Below are positions 41,313-55,875 of a stretch of DNA of 64,000 bases, piece by piece. The notes beneath the pieces were generated by a model that did no database searches, had not been told where the DNA came from, and saw nothing but the letters and a program-made list of their open reading frames with translations. Every line of letters begins with the position of its first letter. The first letter of the stretch is position 1. The DNA lies in NCBI RefSeq assembly GCF_006345805.1, contig NC_043018.1:28334001-28398000 (forward strand), in the 5' to 3' direction. This DNA is from Octopus sinensis (taxonomy: Eukaryota). The translations under genes were made by a program, and so were the position numbers.

Positions 41313-42510
41313 AATAATTATGGTTTATGTGAATGCATGTATATACTTATTGTTAGAGAAATGTTTTTAAAAAATAAAATATTTTCTTTTTATTTAATTT
41401 TCATTTCAATTATATTTAGAAACGAAACCGGATTTTATACAAAGTATTTCAGTTTATGGTGTTATGCAGCAAATTAGAAAACAATATTCTACTCATAATT
41501 ATGTTACCAAAAATAAATCATTAGAAGAACCATCTTTTTTTGTGTGTGTAATTACCATATAATTTTTTATTTTAATTCAATTTCTTTTTCGTTTTATATT
41601 TTTCTTGCGGAAGCTGAGAAACTGAAAACGTGTCGATATGTTTCGAAACAAAAGCACAAATAATATACAATCCCAACATACACCCGTTCACATACCAACA
41701 TACACATACACACACTCACACACAGAAACATACACATATGAATGTATACAAGTATGTATGTATGTATGTATGTTTGTGTCTATGTTTTGATATTTATATG
41801 TGTGTATCTATTGATATATGTATGTACGAGGTGCTTGACTCTGCGGGTAGGATGTTCGCCTTGCGAATGTAAGGTGATGAGTTCGTTTCCTGGTGGTCTG
41901 TTGTTTGCTTGAACAAGACGCTTCGTTTCACCCAATACCTGTAATTGAAAGGGGTCACCCTTGTCACATTCTGTGACACGTTGAATCTCCCTGAGAACTA
42001 CGGTAAAGGTGCGTGTCGATGTGGAGTGCTCAGCCACTTACACGTTAATTTCACGAATAGACACTTCCGTTGGTCGGACCAACTGGAACATACATTGTCG
42101 TAACCAACGAAGTACCAGTATAAGCATGTATGCACATATGTGTGTATGCATGCATGCATGCATGTATGTATGTATGTATGTATGTATGTATGCATGCATA
42201 TATATACATATGTATATATATATAAATTAAATTAGAGATAAAACCACTATTATGCAAATCAAACAGTGATAGACATAAACCAAAACAAAAAAAACAAAAA
42301 ATAAATATAAATAATATAATATACAAAATATATACAAAATATAAAATTTAAAATTTAAATCGTTAAAATTTTAAATTTTTAAATTTATAATTATAAATTT
42401 TTTATATTTTTATATTTTGAATTTTAAATTTATAAATTTTTTAAAACTTTAATTTTTAAATTTTTTTTATAAACTATCAAAAAGTATTAAAAAGTTTAAT
42501 ATAATATAAG
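40050..42510. repeat. Diverged AT-rich inverted repeat pair (arms ~40050-40390 and ~42226-42503)
   Basis: taatagtggttttatctctaatttaat (40362-40388) is the exact reverse complement of 42226-42252; 40054-40082 pairs with 42472-42501; block order is inverted. Confidence 0.75.
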
Positions 42511-42614
42511 TAAATATAAGATAAGTTTGGACATACTCCCTAATATTTTTATTATATATATATATCTATATGTGTATATATGTATGTATGTAATTATATA
42601 TGTATGTATGTAAT

Positions 42615-42646
<32 letters not shown>

Positions 42647-42884
42647 CATGTAAGAGAATCTGCTTGTGGTAGTGTGAGCATATGTATAGAAGATCGTACA
42701 AAGAGACAAAGTGTGGGTCCAAACTTTGAAGCGAAAATAGGGGAAAATGATAATAGTGCAAAGACATACATACCTTGTGTTCTGAATCGTGGATAAATGT
42801 ACAGACATACATATGTATATATGTATATAGATCTATTTATTTAAACATACACACACACACACCATATATATATATATGTATGTA

Positions 42885-42938
<54 letters not shown>

Positions 42939-43774
42939 GTATGTATATATATAATATATATGTATATACACACACTTGCACCCACTCATACATTATAATA
43001 TATATATATATATATACATATACATACATATGCGTATTATTGTCAATAAGCCTTCGCTCATGATAATTGAATTTCTGCGGCAAATTTATTCAAGAATAAA
43101 TTTCAAAATTATTTTTACTACAGCGAAAAAAAAAGAGAAAGGCATTAAAAAACATTTGGCTGATAATACATAGAAGAAAAAGCAAGAACAACCAGAACAA
43201 CATAAATCACGATAATTATTAATTATTAAGCACGATTTAATTAATTAGTGATAAAAAAAGATACATCACATCATGTTTTCAAGAGGTCGCAGCGTTTTAA
43301 GACAACTGTTTGGCTTTTAGCAATATTTATTCCTCTTTATTAAATAATACATAGCTTATTCATATCGCAGTATATATTTTTTTTTCAAAGAGAATATCTT
43401 TAGAAATCATGTATAAAATTGCAAACAAATGATTTATAATACTGTTCTCATGTGTACTTGTAATGTAAAACAAAACAAAAAAAATTGCTGTTTATTTAGT
43501 TGGACGCTGGCGAAAATTAGTGGCGGTTCTTGAGGTGTTTTGAACATACTGACGATTGAACAAAAGTTTGTTCATTGTTTAAATTTCCAACTAAATTTCT
43601 AATCATCAAATTATATTAATCGATTTGTATAAAAACTACTCAGTTTTATAAATAATTTTCAATTATAATTAAACAATTATATATATCGCTTAGTTGCACT
43701 AGACATAAATATATGTATGTATGTATATATATATAATTATATATATATATACCGCCCTACATACAAACATATAC

Positions 43775-43849
<75 letters not shown>

Positions 43850-44015
43850 AGAAAGTTTGTTTGTGAAAGCACGTGGGTGAATATATAGAAAATAGTAAAA
43901 GTGAAAAAACTACAGAAGGCTTAAATGTTAAAAAATATATATTTGCGTCAATATGTCTGAAGAATATTAGAAAATTAAAAAAAAAAAAATTTTCTCTAAT
44001 AATGACATAATTTAA

Positions 44016-44510
44016 AAGAAACACCGTTTCGCGTGTAGCTTTTCAAATTTCTTGCGACGTTATGTTTATGTTGAATAGAGTTTTCGTTATGTTTATGTTC
44101 AGGAGAGTTCTAAATAAGGGAAGGTAGTGGTGATTTCTTCCGGTGTAAGGGAGATAATCGCTTAAAAATATTTTCCTTTCCCTTGGTGTGAATTTCTCTG
44201 TATCGGTATGTTCGGATGGTTGAGTCTGGGCTTGTACTTTTCAATGAAGAATGTTTCCTTGTTAGTCTAATTTGTGTTGATGATCCGAAAGCACATTGGT
44301 AAATGGAAAGATTAAAAGTTGTGGTAGTATTGCTTCCGCATTTCTCAATGTGCTCACTGAAAGGTATCATTCTATATTCTGGAATGCAATCTGTTGTCGA
44401 TGCAGTGTGCATCTACGCCTGAGTGATAGTCCCGTGAACCCACGTATCTTGTTGGCAGCCCGAGCATTTTATGACATAAATTATGTTTTCAGAGGCAAGT
44501 AAAGTTAATT
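44016..44510 (-). mobile_element. Penelope-like GIY-YIG 3' remnant with downstream HHR-like motif
   Basis: CSGCQQ..LHRQQI..PFSEHIEKCGS..NKETFFIEKYKPRLN; HHR-like fold at 44016-44053. Confidence 0.75.
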
Positions 44511-44680
44511 TGATCTTGAATTTCTGTCCCTCTTTAAAGAGGAATTCTGATCCTTATATATATGTATATATATATATATATAATGCAAACATTTATATAT
44601 ATGTACACTGCACACATACCCATATACATCTGCATACTGACATATATATCTTCACAAACACAAACACACACACACACACA

Positions 44681-44802
<122 letters not shown>

Positions 44803-44904
44803 GTTTACGTATCTGTTTTGCAAAATTTCTGATGTGAAATCGTGTATTGAAACATATTTTTATATTTTCAACTGGTCGTACCTTTTTTTTTTACCAAATA
44901 AACA

Positions 44905-44972
<68 letters not shown>

Positions 44973-45541
44973 TATATGCGTTCGTCTGTCTTTACTTTCT
45001 GAGTTCATATTCCACCGGGATCGATTTTCATCCTTTCGGGGCCGATTAATTAATTACTAGTTGCGTACTGGGGTCGATCTAATTGACTGGCCCCCTCCTA
45101 CCGAATGTTAGGCCTTGTGCTTATAGTAGAAAGGTTTATATATATAGTTGTAGATTTTAAAGTATAACAAGTGGTGTATAGTTGTCTGTTATATCTCACA
45201 CTTGTTGTTTTACTCCTCCACGAACGTTTTATGTTTTATGTAAAGCATGAAAGTAGTAATAATTTACATTGATGAACCATTCAGAAATACTTTCATCTTT
45301 TACTCGTCTCAGTCGAAGGGTTTCGGTTACTCTCTCTTTTACTCTTTTACTTGTTTCAGTCATTTTACTAGGGCCATGCAGGAGCACCACCTTTAGTCGA
45401 GCAAATCGACCCCGGGACTTATTTTTTGTAAGCCCAGTACTTATTCTATCGGACTCTTTTGCCGAACCGCTAAGTGACGGTGATGTAAACACACCAGCAT
45501 TGGTTGTCAAGCGATGGTGGGGGGAAAACACAGACACACAA

Positions 45542-45586
<45 letters not shown>

Positions 45587-45883
45587 CATACATACGACAG
45601 GCTTCTTTCAGTTTCCATCTACCAAATCCACTCACAAGGCATTGGTCGGCCCGAGGCTTTAGCAGAAGACACCTGCCCAAGATGCCACGCAGTGGGACTG
45701 AACCCGGAACCGTGTGGTTGGTAAGCAAGCTACTTACCACACAGCCACTCCTGTTGTTTTCTTTCTTAAGTGTACTGGTTATTCTATCAATTACTGTCGC
45801 CGAACCTGTATGTTATGAGGAGGAAACTTATCAATACCGGTAGGAGAAAAACACAAGCACAAGGACAATACACACACACACAC

Positions 45884-45914
<31 letters not shown>

Positions 45915-46002
45915 CACACGTGTGTGTGTGTCATCGTAGATATAGTATATCTGAAATAATAAAAAATGGACAGAACTGTCAGGGCTGAAAGAATTTATAG
46001 AT

Positions 46003-46164
46003 CAGTAGTTTCCAACCTGTGGTCAGAGAACCCCTGGTGGTACCCAAATGTAATACTGGGAGTTCGTAATATTTTAAGCTGACAGACCTTTCAATATCCT
46101 TAGCTCCTCGGTAAACTCATTTAAATAATAGGAGTCCTTGGTAGAGAAATGGTTCGGAACCACC
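46003..46164. mobile_element. hAT-like MITE
   Basis: Termini cagtagtttccaacct and tggttcggaaccac resemble cagtggttcccaacc-type hAT TIRs. Confidence 0.5.
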
Positions 46165-48246
46165 TAGACGTTATTTTTCTCTCATTGGACTGCGGCCAAG
46201 ATGGGTCACGGCCATGATGGGTTTCGTCGAACAAATTACTCCTACTTCTTTTCATATGTCTGTTACCTTATTCTATTCGATACCATTTTGCCAAACCTCT
46301 AATTGACCGGGACGTAAGGAAACCAACACCGGCTGTCAAGAGGAGGGAGACACGGACACAAAGGCAAAGACATACAGACGCACTTATATATGCGCCGGTT
46401 TCTTTCAGTTTTCGCCAATAAAATCCATTCACAAAACTTTTGGTCGAATATGGGTATATAGCAGAAGACACGTGCCAAGCGGTGGGAATGAACCCGAAAC
46501 TATGTTTATGAGAAGCCAACTTCTTACCACAAAACCGTGCCTACGCCTATATACAAACAATACGAGAGTCTCTGAATGTTTCTAAGAATACTGAAAAATA
46601 AGCGAAGCGTGGCAAAACAGCAATAACAACAACAACAATAACAAAAAACGCACATATACAAGAAAATCGATTATCTCTACTACTACTACTACTACTACTA
46701 TACTACTATTACTACTACTACTACTACAAGGGCAGAATTCCGGTCAAGGTTGTTTATGGAAGACCAGCAGTCGCCATGTTGTCCAAAGGAAAGGAAGAGG
46801 CCAATACAGCTTGGCGCTAGTGAGGGTGCAACTCATTTCTACAACTGCGTCAACTGGAGAAACGTGAAATAAAGTGTCTTGCTCAAGAACACAACACGCA
46901 GTTCTGTACAAGAATCTAACTCACTATCTCATGATTGCGAACCCGACGCTCTAACTACTGAGCCAAAACCCACCACTACTGCTATTGCTGCTGCTGCTGC
47001 TGCTGCTTCTACTACAAATAATAATAAATTATTTCTACTCTAGGCACAGAGCCTTGAAGTTTTTTTGGGGAAACGGGAGCTAGTCGATTACATCGACTCC
47101 AGTGCGTAACTGGTACTCATTTCATCGACCCCGAGAAGAATGAAAGGCAAAGTCAGCCTCGGCGGAATTTGAACTCACAACGTAGCAGACGAAATACCTA
47201 TTTCTTTACTACCCAAAAGGGGCTAAACACAGAAGGGACAGACAAAAAATTAAGTCGATTATATCGAACCCAGTGCGCAACTGGTACTTATTTAATCGAC
47301 ACCGAAATGATGAAAGGCAAAGTCGACCTCGGCGGAATTTGAACTCAGAACGTAGCGGCAGACGAAATGCCGCTAGCCATTTCGCCCGGCGTGCTAACGA
47401 TTCTGCCAGCTCACCGCCATCGACTGCACCGAATAATAATACTACAAGTACAAACACCAATAACAAAAAACAAAGGCAACCACAACTACAACAACTAAAA
47501 CAACAACACCAACAACTACTACTACTAATACTACGACGACGACAAATGGTACTTATAAATGTAATATACATGTTCCGATTATATGTTAACATTTATGTAT
47601 TCTTAATAATTGACATAAGACAAACAGTGTATATTTACAATATTTCTCTGTTCACTTGAATGATCTACGAATGCTTTGTCACATCCTGAAATTGATTTTG
47701 TATATCCGTTCATGATCTACGATGTGATTGGTTCCTCTCGGAGCCAAGTTCATGACTAAGAATCAGACAACGGATGGCCATTGATAACCCAGCCAATCGA
47801 ATCGTAAATATACATACATACAGGCGCAGGAGTGGCTGTGTGGTAAGTAGCTTGCTTACCAACCACATGTTTCCGGGTTCAGTCCCACTGCGTGGCCTCT
47901 TGGGCAAGTGTCTTCTACTATAGCCTCGTCCGACCAAAGCCTTGTGAGTGGATTTGGTAGACGGAAACTGAAAGAAGCCTGTCGTATAGATGTATATATA
48001 TATATATATGTGTGTATGTTTGTGTATCGGTGTTTGTCCCTCTAGGATTGCTTGACAACCGATGCTGGTGTGTTTACGTCCACGTCATCTAGCAGTTAGG
48101 CAAAAGAGAGCGATAGAATAAGTACTAGGCTTACAAGGAATAAGTCCCGGGGTCGATTTGTTCGACTAAAGGCGGTGCTCTAGAATGGCCGCAGTCAAAT
48201 GACTGAAACAAGTAAAAGAGTAAAGAGATACAAACACACACATACA

Positions 48247-48289
<43 letters not shown>

Positions 48290-48467
48290 ACATATATATG
48301 TGTGTAAGTATGTAGGAATGGCTGTGTGTTAAGTAGCTTATTTACCAACCACATGGTTCTGGGTTCATTCCCACTGCGTGGCACCTTGGGCAAGTGTCTT
48401 CTACTATAGCCTCGGGCGACCAAAGCTTTGTGAGTGGATTTGGTAGAAACTGAAAGAAGCCCGCCGT

Positions 48468-48511
<44 letters not shown>

Positions 48512-48602
48512 GTGCGTATATGTGTGTGTGTCTGTGTTTGTCCCCCCAACATCGCTTGACAACCGATGGTGGTGTGTTTACGTCCCCGTAACTTAGCGGG
48601 AA

Positions 48603-49272
48603 ATGAGATACACCTTCTAATAAATTCATGGTGCTGTCTTGCCCAAACAGAGAATATAGACCTATCATGCCGGGACCTAAGTACGTGTCGTACAGTTCAA
48701 CTCTTCAGAAATCGCTTCCAGATTCAAAAGAAACTTAAACAAATTGAAGTGACTTTTAAATTAATTAATAGACATCATCAATCTTCGTGCAGATCGTGTA
48801 GACAGAAGAAATGGAGGGACCACCATTTTCGTGCACAGTTCTTTTTCGGCTGAAGCAATGGACATATTTACCAATGGCTACTGTGAAGCAGCTTCTGTAT
48901 ATAGTAAAACCAACACTTTAATAGTAGCCACCTCTAACTCCTTTACTACGGTTCAAGGTACGCCTCAACAGTATTGTTTCATCCATAAGTGTCATGCTGT
49001 CAACATATTGATGATTGGGATGTTCAACCTCCCCAGTGGTGATTGGTCCACAAGCAGTTTGAAACCAGGTTATTCCACCTCATGCCCTGATAAGCTAGCA
49101 ATCAAATTACATTTTGATTTCATGGATGAGTTTTTCCTGACTCAAATTGTTCTCGAATCAACAAGGTGTAACGAAAGTACCTTAGTCCGAGTATTAAGTA
49201 ACCACACTGAGATTATCCACAATATTGCTAAGGAAAAAACACCACTACTCTCAGACCATGAGAAGGTTTGAG
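48603..49272 (+). mobile_element. CR1-like LINE apurinic endonuclease remnant
   Basis: DRVDRRNGGTTIFVH, MFNLPSGDW, FFLTQIVLESTR, LSDHEKV correspond to APE motifs DR..GGGV, GDFN.P.IDW, TQ.V..PTR, SDH. Confidence 0.75.
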
Positions 49273-49295
49273 ATTCTACCATCCGAAGATCAAAC

Positions 49296-49530
49296 ATAAA
49301 TGTTCGACTCTCTTTCATTAATGTCCGACTCTCTTCCATAAATATCCGACTCTCCTTCATAAATGTCTTACTCTTTTTCGTAAATGTCCGACTCTCTTCC
49401 ATAAATGTCCGGCTCTCTTTCATAAATACCCGACTATCTTTCATAAATGTCCGACTCTTTTTCATAAATATCCTACTCTCATTCATAAATGTCCGACTCT
49501 TTTTCGTAAATGTCCGACTCTCTTTCATAA
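49296..49530. repeat. 21-bp minisatellite, about 11 copies
   Basis: Unit ataaatgtccgactctctttc with variants. Confidence 0.93.
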
Positions 49531-50693
49531 ATTGACATCTCTCCAGCCCATCCATTTGACACTATGGATCATCATAACGCAGACTGGGATGCGATCAATC
49601 ATGATCTTTCACGAGATCATTGGGCCTTCATGCACACACACACACACACACACACACACCACACACACACACATACACGAACATAAACACATCATGGCTG
49701 ACATTTGTAGGCATTGTAAAAGAATATATCCACAAAAAATACTCCATTAAGATCAGTAAACATTTGCTCACATTGATTTGAATTAATCATTATCTCAAAG
49801 CTTCGAAATTTCTATGATGTGACACTTTACTTTTAGACTAATATTGTAGGCTAGACAGGAGGTGCCGGATGTAGATAGTTTGAAAATAAAACAGGTAGAA
49901 CATTTGTATTACAGTCGGATTAAATCAGACAGGGTTTACGTTGCTGGCTTTGTGACATTACTTGAAACCATTAAGGCGGCGAGGTGGTAGATTCATTAGT
50001 ACGCCGAGAAAAGCGCTCAGCTGCATTTCATCCGTCTATTCGTTCTGAGTTCGAATTCCATAGAGGTCGACTTTGCATTTCATCCTTTCGGGGGTTGATA
50101 AAATGAGTACCAGTTGAGTACTAGTATCGATGTAATCGACCTACGCCTTCTCTCGAACTTTCTGGCCTTGTACTAACATTTGAAAACAATTCATAAAACC
50201 ACCATCGAAATTTACACAACATGTCGACGATTGCAGCTGCATATTTTTTAAAACTGATATTTTTGTTGAGTCTTGATATTATTTATCCTTATTCATTTTA
50301 CCAGGGTTTATACTTGTCCAGCATAGAAATATCGATATTGACACGCCCTATGCGTTAATTTTCTAACATTAACACACCTTATAAGTAAACTTTCCCAATA
50401 CAGACACACCCAAAATATATACTTCCGGCTCTACATTTATGTTCTTTGTTATTTGCTGTATTTCTGATTAATTAGTCGAGACAAACTATAGAAAAATTAT
50501 TACAAAAGTATCAGTTATGTGGCTACAAAACTGTGGTTAAACAATTGGTGTATTTATATTTATATACATGCGTGTATGTATATGTATACATTTCACGTAT
50601 GAATGCATATGGTTGCGTGCTAGGATTCATATTTGTAGGGTGTGTCTCATTCAATATAGCCACAACCAGCGTAGTTATATATCAATAATTACA

Positions 50694-50724
<31 letters not shown>

Positions 50725-50975
50725 CATGTATGTATATATATATATATATATATATAAATATGTGTGTGTATATATATATATGCAGTATATCTATACGCAA
50801 ATACACACACATATATATACATATACATACATATATATATGCATATATGCATAATATATATGTATACGTGTGTATATATATATGTATCTATATATCTATA
50901 TGTATATATATATATACATATATACATATACATTCAATACATACATATATATATACATTCATATATACAATATAT

Positions 50976-51021
<46 letters not shown>

Positions 51022-51982
51022 ATATACATATACATGCATATATATGTGGGTGTGGTGTGTGTATGAACGTGTATGTGTGTATAATATACATCAGCATAAA
51101 TTTAGACACACACGCATCAATGAGTGTTTAGTGTTTTCCCTCAAAGAATCTAGCCACCGCTTTGTTATATCTCCATCTTCAACTGGTACTGAAGCGGCAT
51201 CTTTGATATCACAGTGTTCAAAAGCTTTTTTGATTCACTGTTAATTCAATGCTAGCAGGGGCCAATACTCAGGAACAAATTTTCTTCATACTATTAATAT
51301 GGCTTCCTATGTTTCTTATTCTGATTGTTCTCAGAAGGGGATCAGCTTTTTGCCTGCATATTAGCGTCACACAGAATGTGGTTTCGTTATTCATGTTCGT
51401 ACTCAGATGACGCACCTATTGTGATTCCACCGTTTTTTTTTTAACGTTTACTGATTGCATTCCGTTTCTTGTCTGATTGCGGAGTGCTTGATGTTTTCTT
51501 TCACAGAAATGCTTATTCTTTTCTTCACCTATTACATCTTTAACCTTTAACGCTTTTCTAAATAGTTCCGACTTGAGAGCTGCAGTCATGCTCGGGCACC
51601 GCCTTATTCGGGTTTTGACTTTTGTTCTAATTTGTCTTTTGAGATAGTGTTGATCATCTGCATACCTATTTCTTTACTACACACAAGGGGCTAACCACAG
51701 ACGGGACAAACAAGGACAGACAAACGGATTAAGTCGATTTCATCGACCCCAGTGCGTAACTGGTACTTAATTTATCGACCCCAAAAGGATGAAAGGCAAT
51801 TTGAACTCAGAACGTAACGGCAGACACGAAATACCTTTTTTTCTTTATTACCCACAGGGGCTAAACATAGATTGGGACAAACAAGACAGACATAGGTATT
51901 AAGTCGATTACATCGACTCCAGTGCGTAACTGGTACTTAATTTATCGACCCCGAAAGGATGAAAGGCAAGTCGACCTCGGCG

Positions 51983-52082
51983 NNNNNNNNNNNNNNNNNN
52001 NNNNNNNNNNNNNNNNNNNNNNNNNNNNNNNNNNNNNNNNNNNNNNNNNNNNNNNNNNNNNNNNNNNNNNNNNNNNNNNNNN
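51983..52082. other. Assembly gap (100 N)
   Basis: Run of n. Confidence 1.
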
Positions 52083-52267
52083 CTCAAAAAGTAAGTAAAT
52101 AGTAAAATATATATACGCGCAGTTATTCATACATGCATACTCAAAAAATAAATAATAATATTAAGTATATGTACGTGCATATACTTAATATTTATTATTT
52201 ATTTTTTGAGTATGCATGTATGAATAACTGCGCGTATATATATTTTACTATTTACTTACTTTTTGAG
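52083..52267. repeat. Near-perfect palindrome (~90-bp arms) at the contig edge
   Basis: ctcaaaaagtaagtaaatag...gtatatg-tacgtg-catatac...ctatttacttactttttgag; arms differ by homopolymer indels. Confidence 0.9.
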
Positions 52268-52496
52268 TATGCATGTAAGTATGAATATCAGGAGGCACGT
52301 GTGTGTGTGTGTATGTGTAAGCATAGATATATGTATACTTTTACGCATGTGTGTACTTATGTGTATATATGGATGCGCGTGTGTGTGTGTGTGTATGGGT
52401 ACGTATGTACATGTGTATGTGCGTGTATGTGTATATGAGTATGTATGTATGTGTGTGCGTATATTTGTATATGTATGTATGTATATGCATGTGGTG

Positions 52497-52555
<59 letters not shown>

Positions 52556-53310
52556 ATGTGGTGTATGTATGTATATGTATATGCGTATGTGTATGTATTG
52601 TATGTGTATGCATGCGCGTATAATATGTACGTATATGTATACGTGTGGGTGTGTGTATGTGTATAAATGTATGTATGTATGTATGTATGGATGTATGTAT
52701 GTATGTATACGTATGATGTGTATGTGTGTATGATGTATGTGTATGTGTGTGTATATGTATATATATATATATGTATATGTGTATATGTATGTATATGTTA
52801 TATATATATATATATTATATGTATATATATATAGTTGTATATATAGTGAATATGTATATATATGTATATATATATATATATATCATGTATGTATTTGTAT
52901 GTAGGTGTATATGTATGTGTGTGTATTTATATTTATTGGTGTATATGTATAGACTAGCTTCTAAGAGTGTAGACATGAATATGTAGGTACGCGTACGTAT
53001 GTGTATATACGTGAATGTTGAAGATGTGATGTATGAATATAACGCGTGCGTGCGTGTATGTGTATGAGTGTGCGAATGAGTGAGTGTACGTGCTAAGAGT
53101 GTGCGTGAGTAAATGAGTGCTTGTTTTCCAGTAGACAGATAAATGGACTGGCTGATGTTTGTGACCAGCGATGTTTGTGACCAGCGATCAAAGATAACAA
53201 AAGTAAAAATGAAGATAATAAATTAAAATTAGGGAATGGGTCTGTATTTGTATGTGTATATATATGTGTGTATGGTAGGTAGCATAGGTACACATATGTA
53301 TATATATATA

Positions 53311-53353
<43 letters not shown>

Positions 53354-55599
53354 ATATATATATGTATATGTATGTGTGTGTATATGTGTGTGTATGTGTA
53401 TATATGTGTATATAGGGACTAGTGTGCTGTGTGTGCATATGTGTGTGTGGATATGTGTGGTCGTGTGTGTATATATACATGTGTGTATACGTGTATGCAT
53501 GTGAGTGTGTGTATGTATACATATATGTGTATGTGTAGACTAGTATAGTAGTGTAAGTGTATATATATGTATATATGTGTGTGTGTACGTATGTGTGTAT
53601 GTATATGTATATATGTTTTATGTGTGTGTATATATGTATACATATGTGCATAGGTATAAGTGAGAATCTCCTTATTTACCTAAAACTCTATTCCCCTTTT
53701 TTTATATATATTTTTTATATATTTTTTATATATTTTTATTTTTTATTTATTCTTCTATCTAATTTAACACTGACTCCTTGACCACTCCCCAAGTATGATA
53801 TTTTGCGCTATGCCTACCCCAAAAAGTCCCCCACCAACACCCCTTTAAACTGCCTAAATGTATAATGCCAATACAATTCTTGTTAACGAGCTTCCTGAAG
53901 ATTTCTCTTGAATGAAACAGTTCTAGTCCTGTAGATACCTCCTTCTATATAATAAATTAATTTTACTCTACTATGTATTGAGTACCTTATTTACTGTGGT
54001 TAACCCCGAATCAACCCGGGACCTACATATATATATATATATATATATTATACATATATAGATATCATACAACATATAACACACATATATATATAATATA
54101 TATAGATATATAATATATATATATATACTTGTATACATACATACACGCACATATATATATATATATATTGTTAAGGCGCATGGCTCAGTGGTAAGAGCGT
54201 CGAGCTTACGATCGCGAGGTTGTGAGTTCGAATCCCGGACCATGATGTGTGTCGCGTTCTTGAGCAAGACACTTTATTTCACGTTGCTTCAGTTCACTCA
54301 GCTGTAGAAATGAGTTGCGACGTCACGGGTGCCAAGCTGTATCGGCTATCGGTTACCCCTTGGATAACACTGGTGGCATGGAGAGGGGAGGCTGGTACTG
54401 CTGGTCTTCCATAAACAACCTTTCTAGGTGCGGTCGTGAAAGATACATATAAATGTAATTTGTTGAACTGTATACATGCTAGATTTCGGTGGAGCGTCCT
54501 ATATCTAGTTCTGGAAATTGTGTTTTGTAAACGACAGACTATGCTGATGTTCTTGCAGATGTTTACGTATCCATATGGGTGCATATTAACAAGTGAAACT
54601 AATTAGTACATAGGTAATCGTTTTTTTTATTTCGTATATTTTTGTTTGTCTTGCTTATTTTTACAATTTAGTATTTTGCTGAATTTTTTTCTTGAGAACA
54701 CATTCTTCGTGAAAAATGGCGATTCTGACGTCTATATCTAGCATACAGGCTGTCCACTTTCAGTGGTCAGTCCTCTAAATTTTGAATGTAAAAAGAATTT
54801 TAATCTTCGGATTTTTTAATATATGCTAGGCCACTGGTTTTAATTGGTTAATATCAATTTCTACCCTTACTTAGCAAATCGACCACAGGACTTATTTTTT
54901 GTAAGCCTAGTACTTATTCTATCGGTTTCTCTTGCCGAACCGCTAAGTTACGTGGATGTAAACACACCAGCATCCGTTGTCAAGAGATGTTGGGGAGACA
55001 AACACAGACACAATCATTTATACACACACACACACACATACATACATATATATATATATATATACGACGGGCTTCTTTCGGTTTCCGTCTACCAAATCCA
55101 CTCACAAGGCTTTGGTCATCCCGAGGCTATAGTAGAAGACACTTGCCCAAGGTGCCACGCAGTGGAACTGAACCCGGAACCATGTGGTTCGTAAACAAGC
55201 TGCTTACCACACAGCCACTCCTACGCCAATATATATATAAATATATATATTGGCGTTTACATATATATATATTATGTATATATATATATATATATATATA
55301 CATACATACATGTATATATGAATGTGTACCTCACTGTGCATGCATGTGTATGTAGATATCTACATAGATCTTGTCGATAACAACCAATCTAATAAATTAG
55401 TTTATCAACAGAACATATTTTCGACCACAGCCAAAACGCCTCTGAGAATACAGCAAAGTCCCATGACGATAATAAATTCCTCTTACAGTCAACTGGAGCC
55501 TATTTACTATTACTAAATCACTAATATAAACAACAGATCACGACAGATTGTTAAAGCAATTATATAGTAAATAACCAGCAGTCTATTCATCATGTTGTA

Positions 55600-55875
55600 T
55601 TGTTCTAACGATCGGATTAGCAGATCATGTTAACCAGACCGGACATTGTGTGTGTTTATTGAGCTAAAACACCTAAGGCTCCACGAGGCACCGACAGGGG
55701 GTGGTGGTGACCCCTCCTGTACTCTTTCGCCCCAACTTTCTCTCACTCTTTCCTCCTGTTTCTCCAGTAAGGCTGCAATGGACTGGCGTCCCGTCCCGCT
55801 GGGAGGGAACGCATACGTAATAGAAACCGGGAAACCGGGCCCATGAGCCTGGCTAGGCTTGAAAAGGGCGCAAAG
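55600..55875 (+). mobile_element. OR-like SINE body with RTE-type tail
   Basis: tttattgagctaaaacacctaaggctccacgagg...gaaaccgggaaaccgggcccatgagc. Confidence 0.75.

Noticed and set aside
43545-43580. CTGACGA followed by hairpin tgaacaaa/tttgttca
   Set aside because: No GAAA, stem III or stem I follows, so not a hammerhead
49296-49530. CRISPR-like array
   Set aside because: Units are contiguous with no unique spacers, there are no cas genes, and the context is eukaryotic
51140-51560. Possible pogo-like transposase remnant (IKKAFEHCDI, minus strand)
   Set aside because: One short weak motif only
53890-53930. ctgaaga..gaaacagtt HHR-like remnant
   Set aside because: Stems I and II do not pair convincingly; too decayed to call
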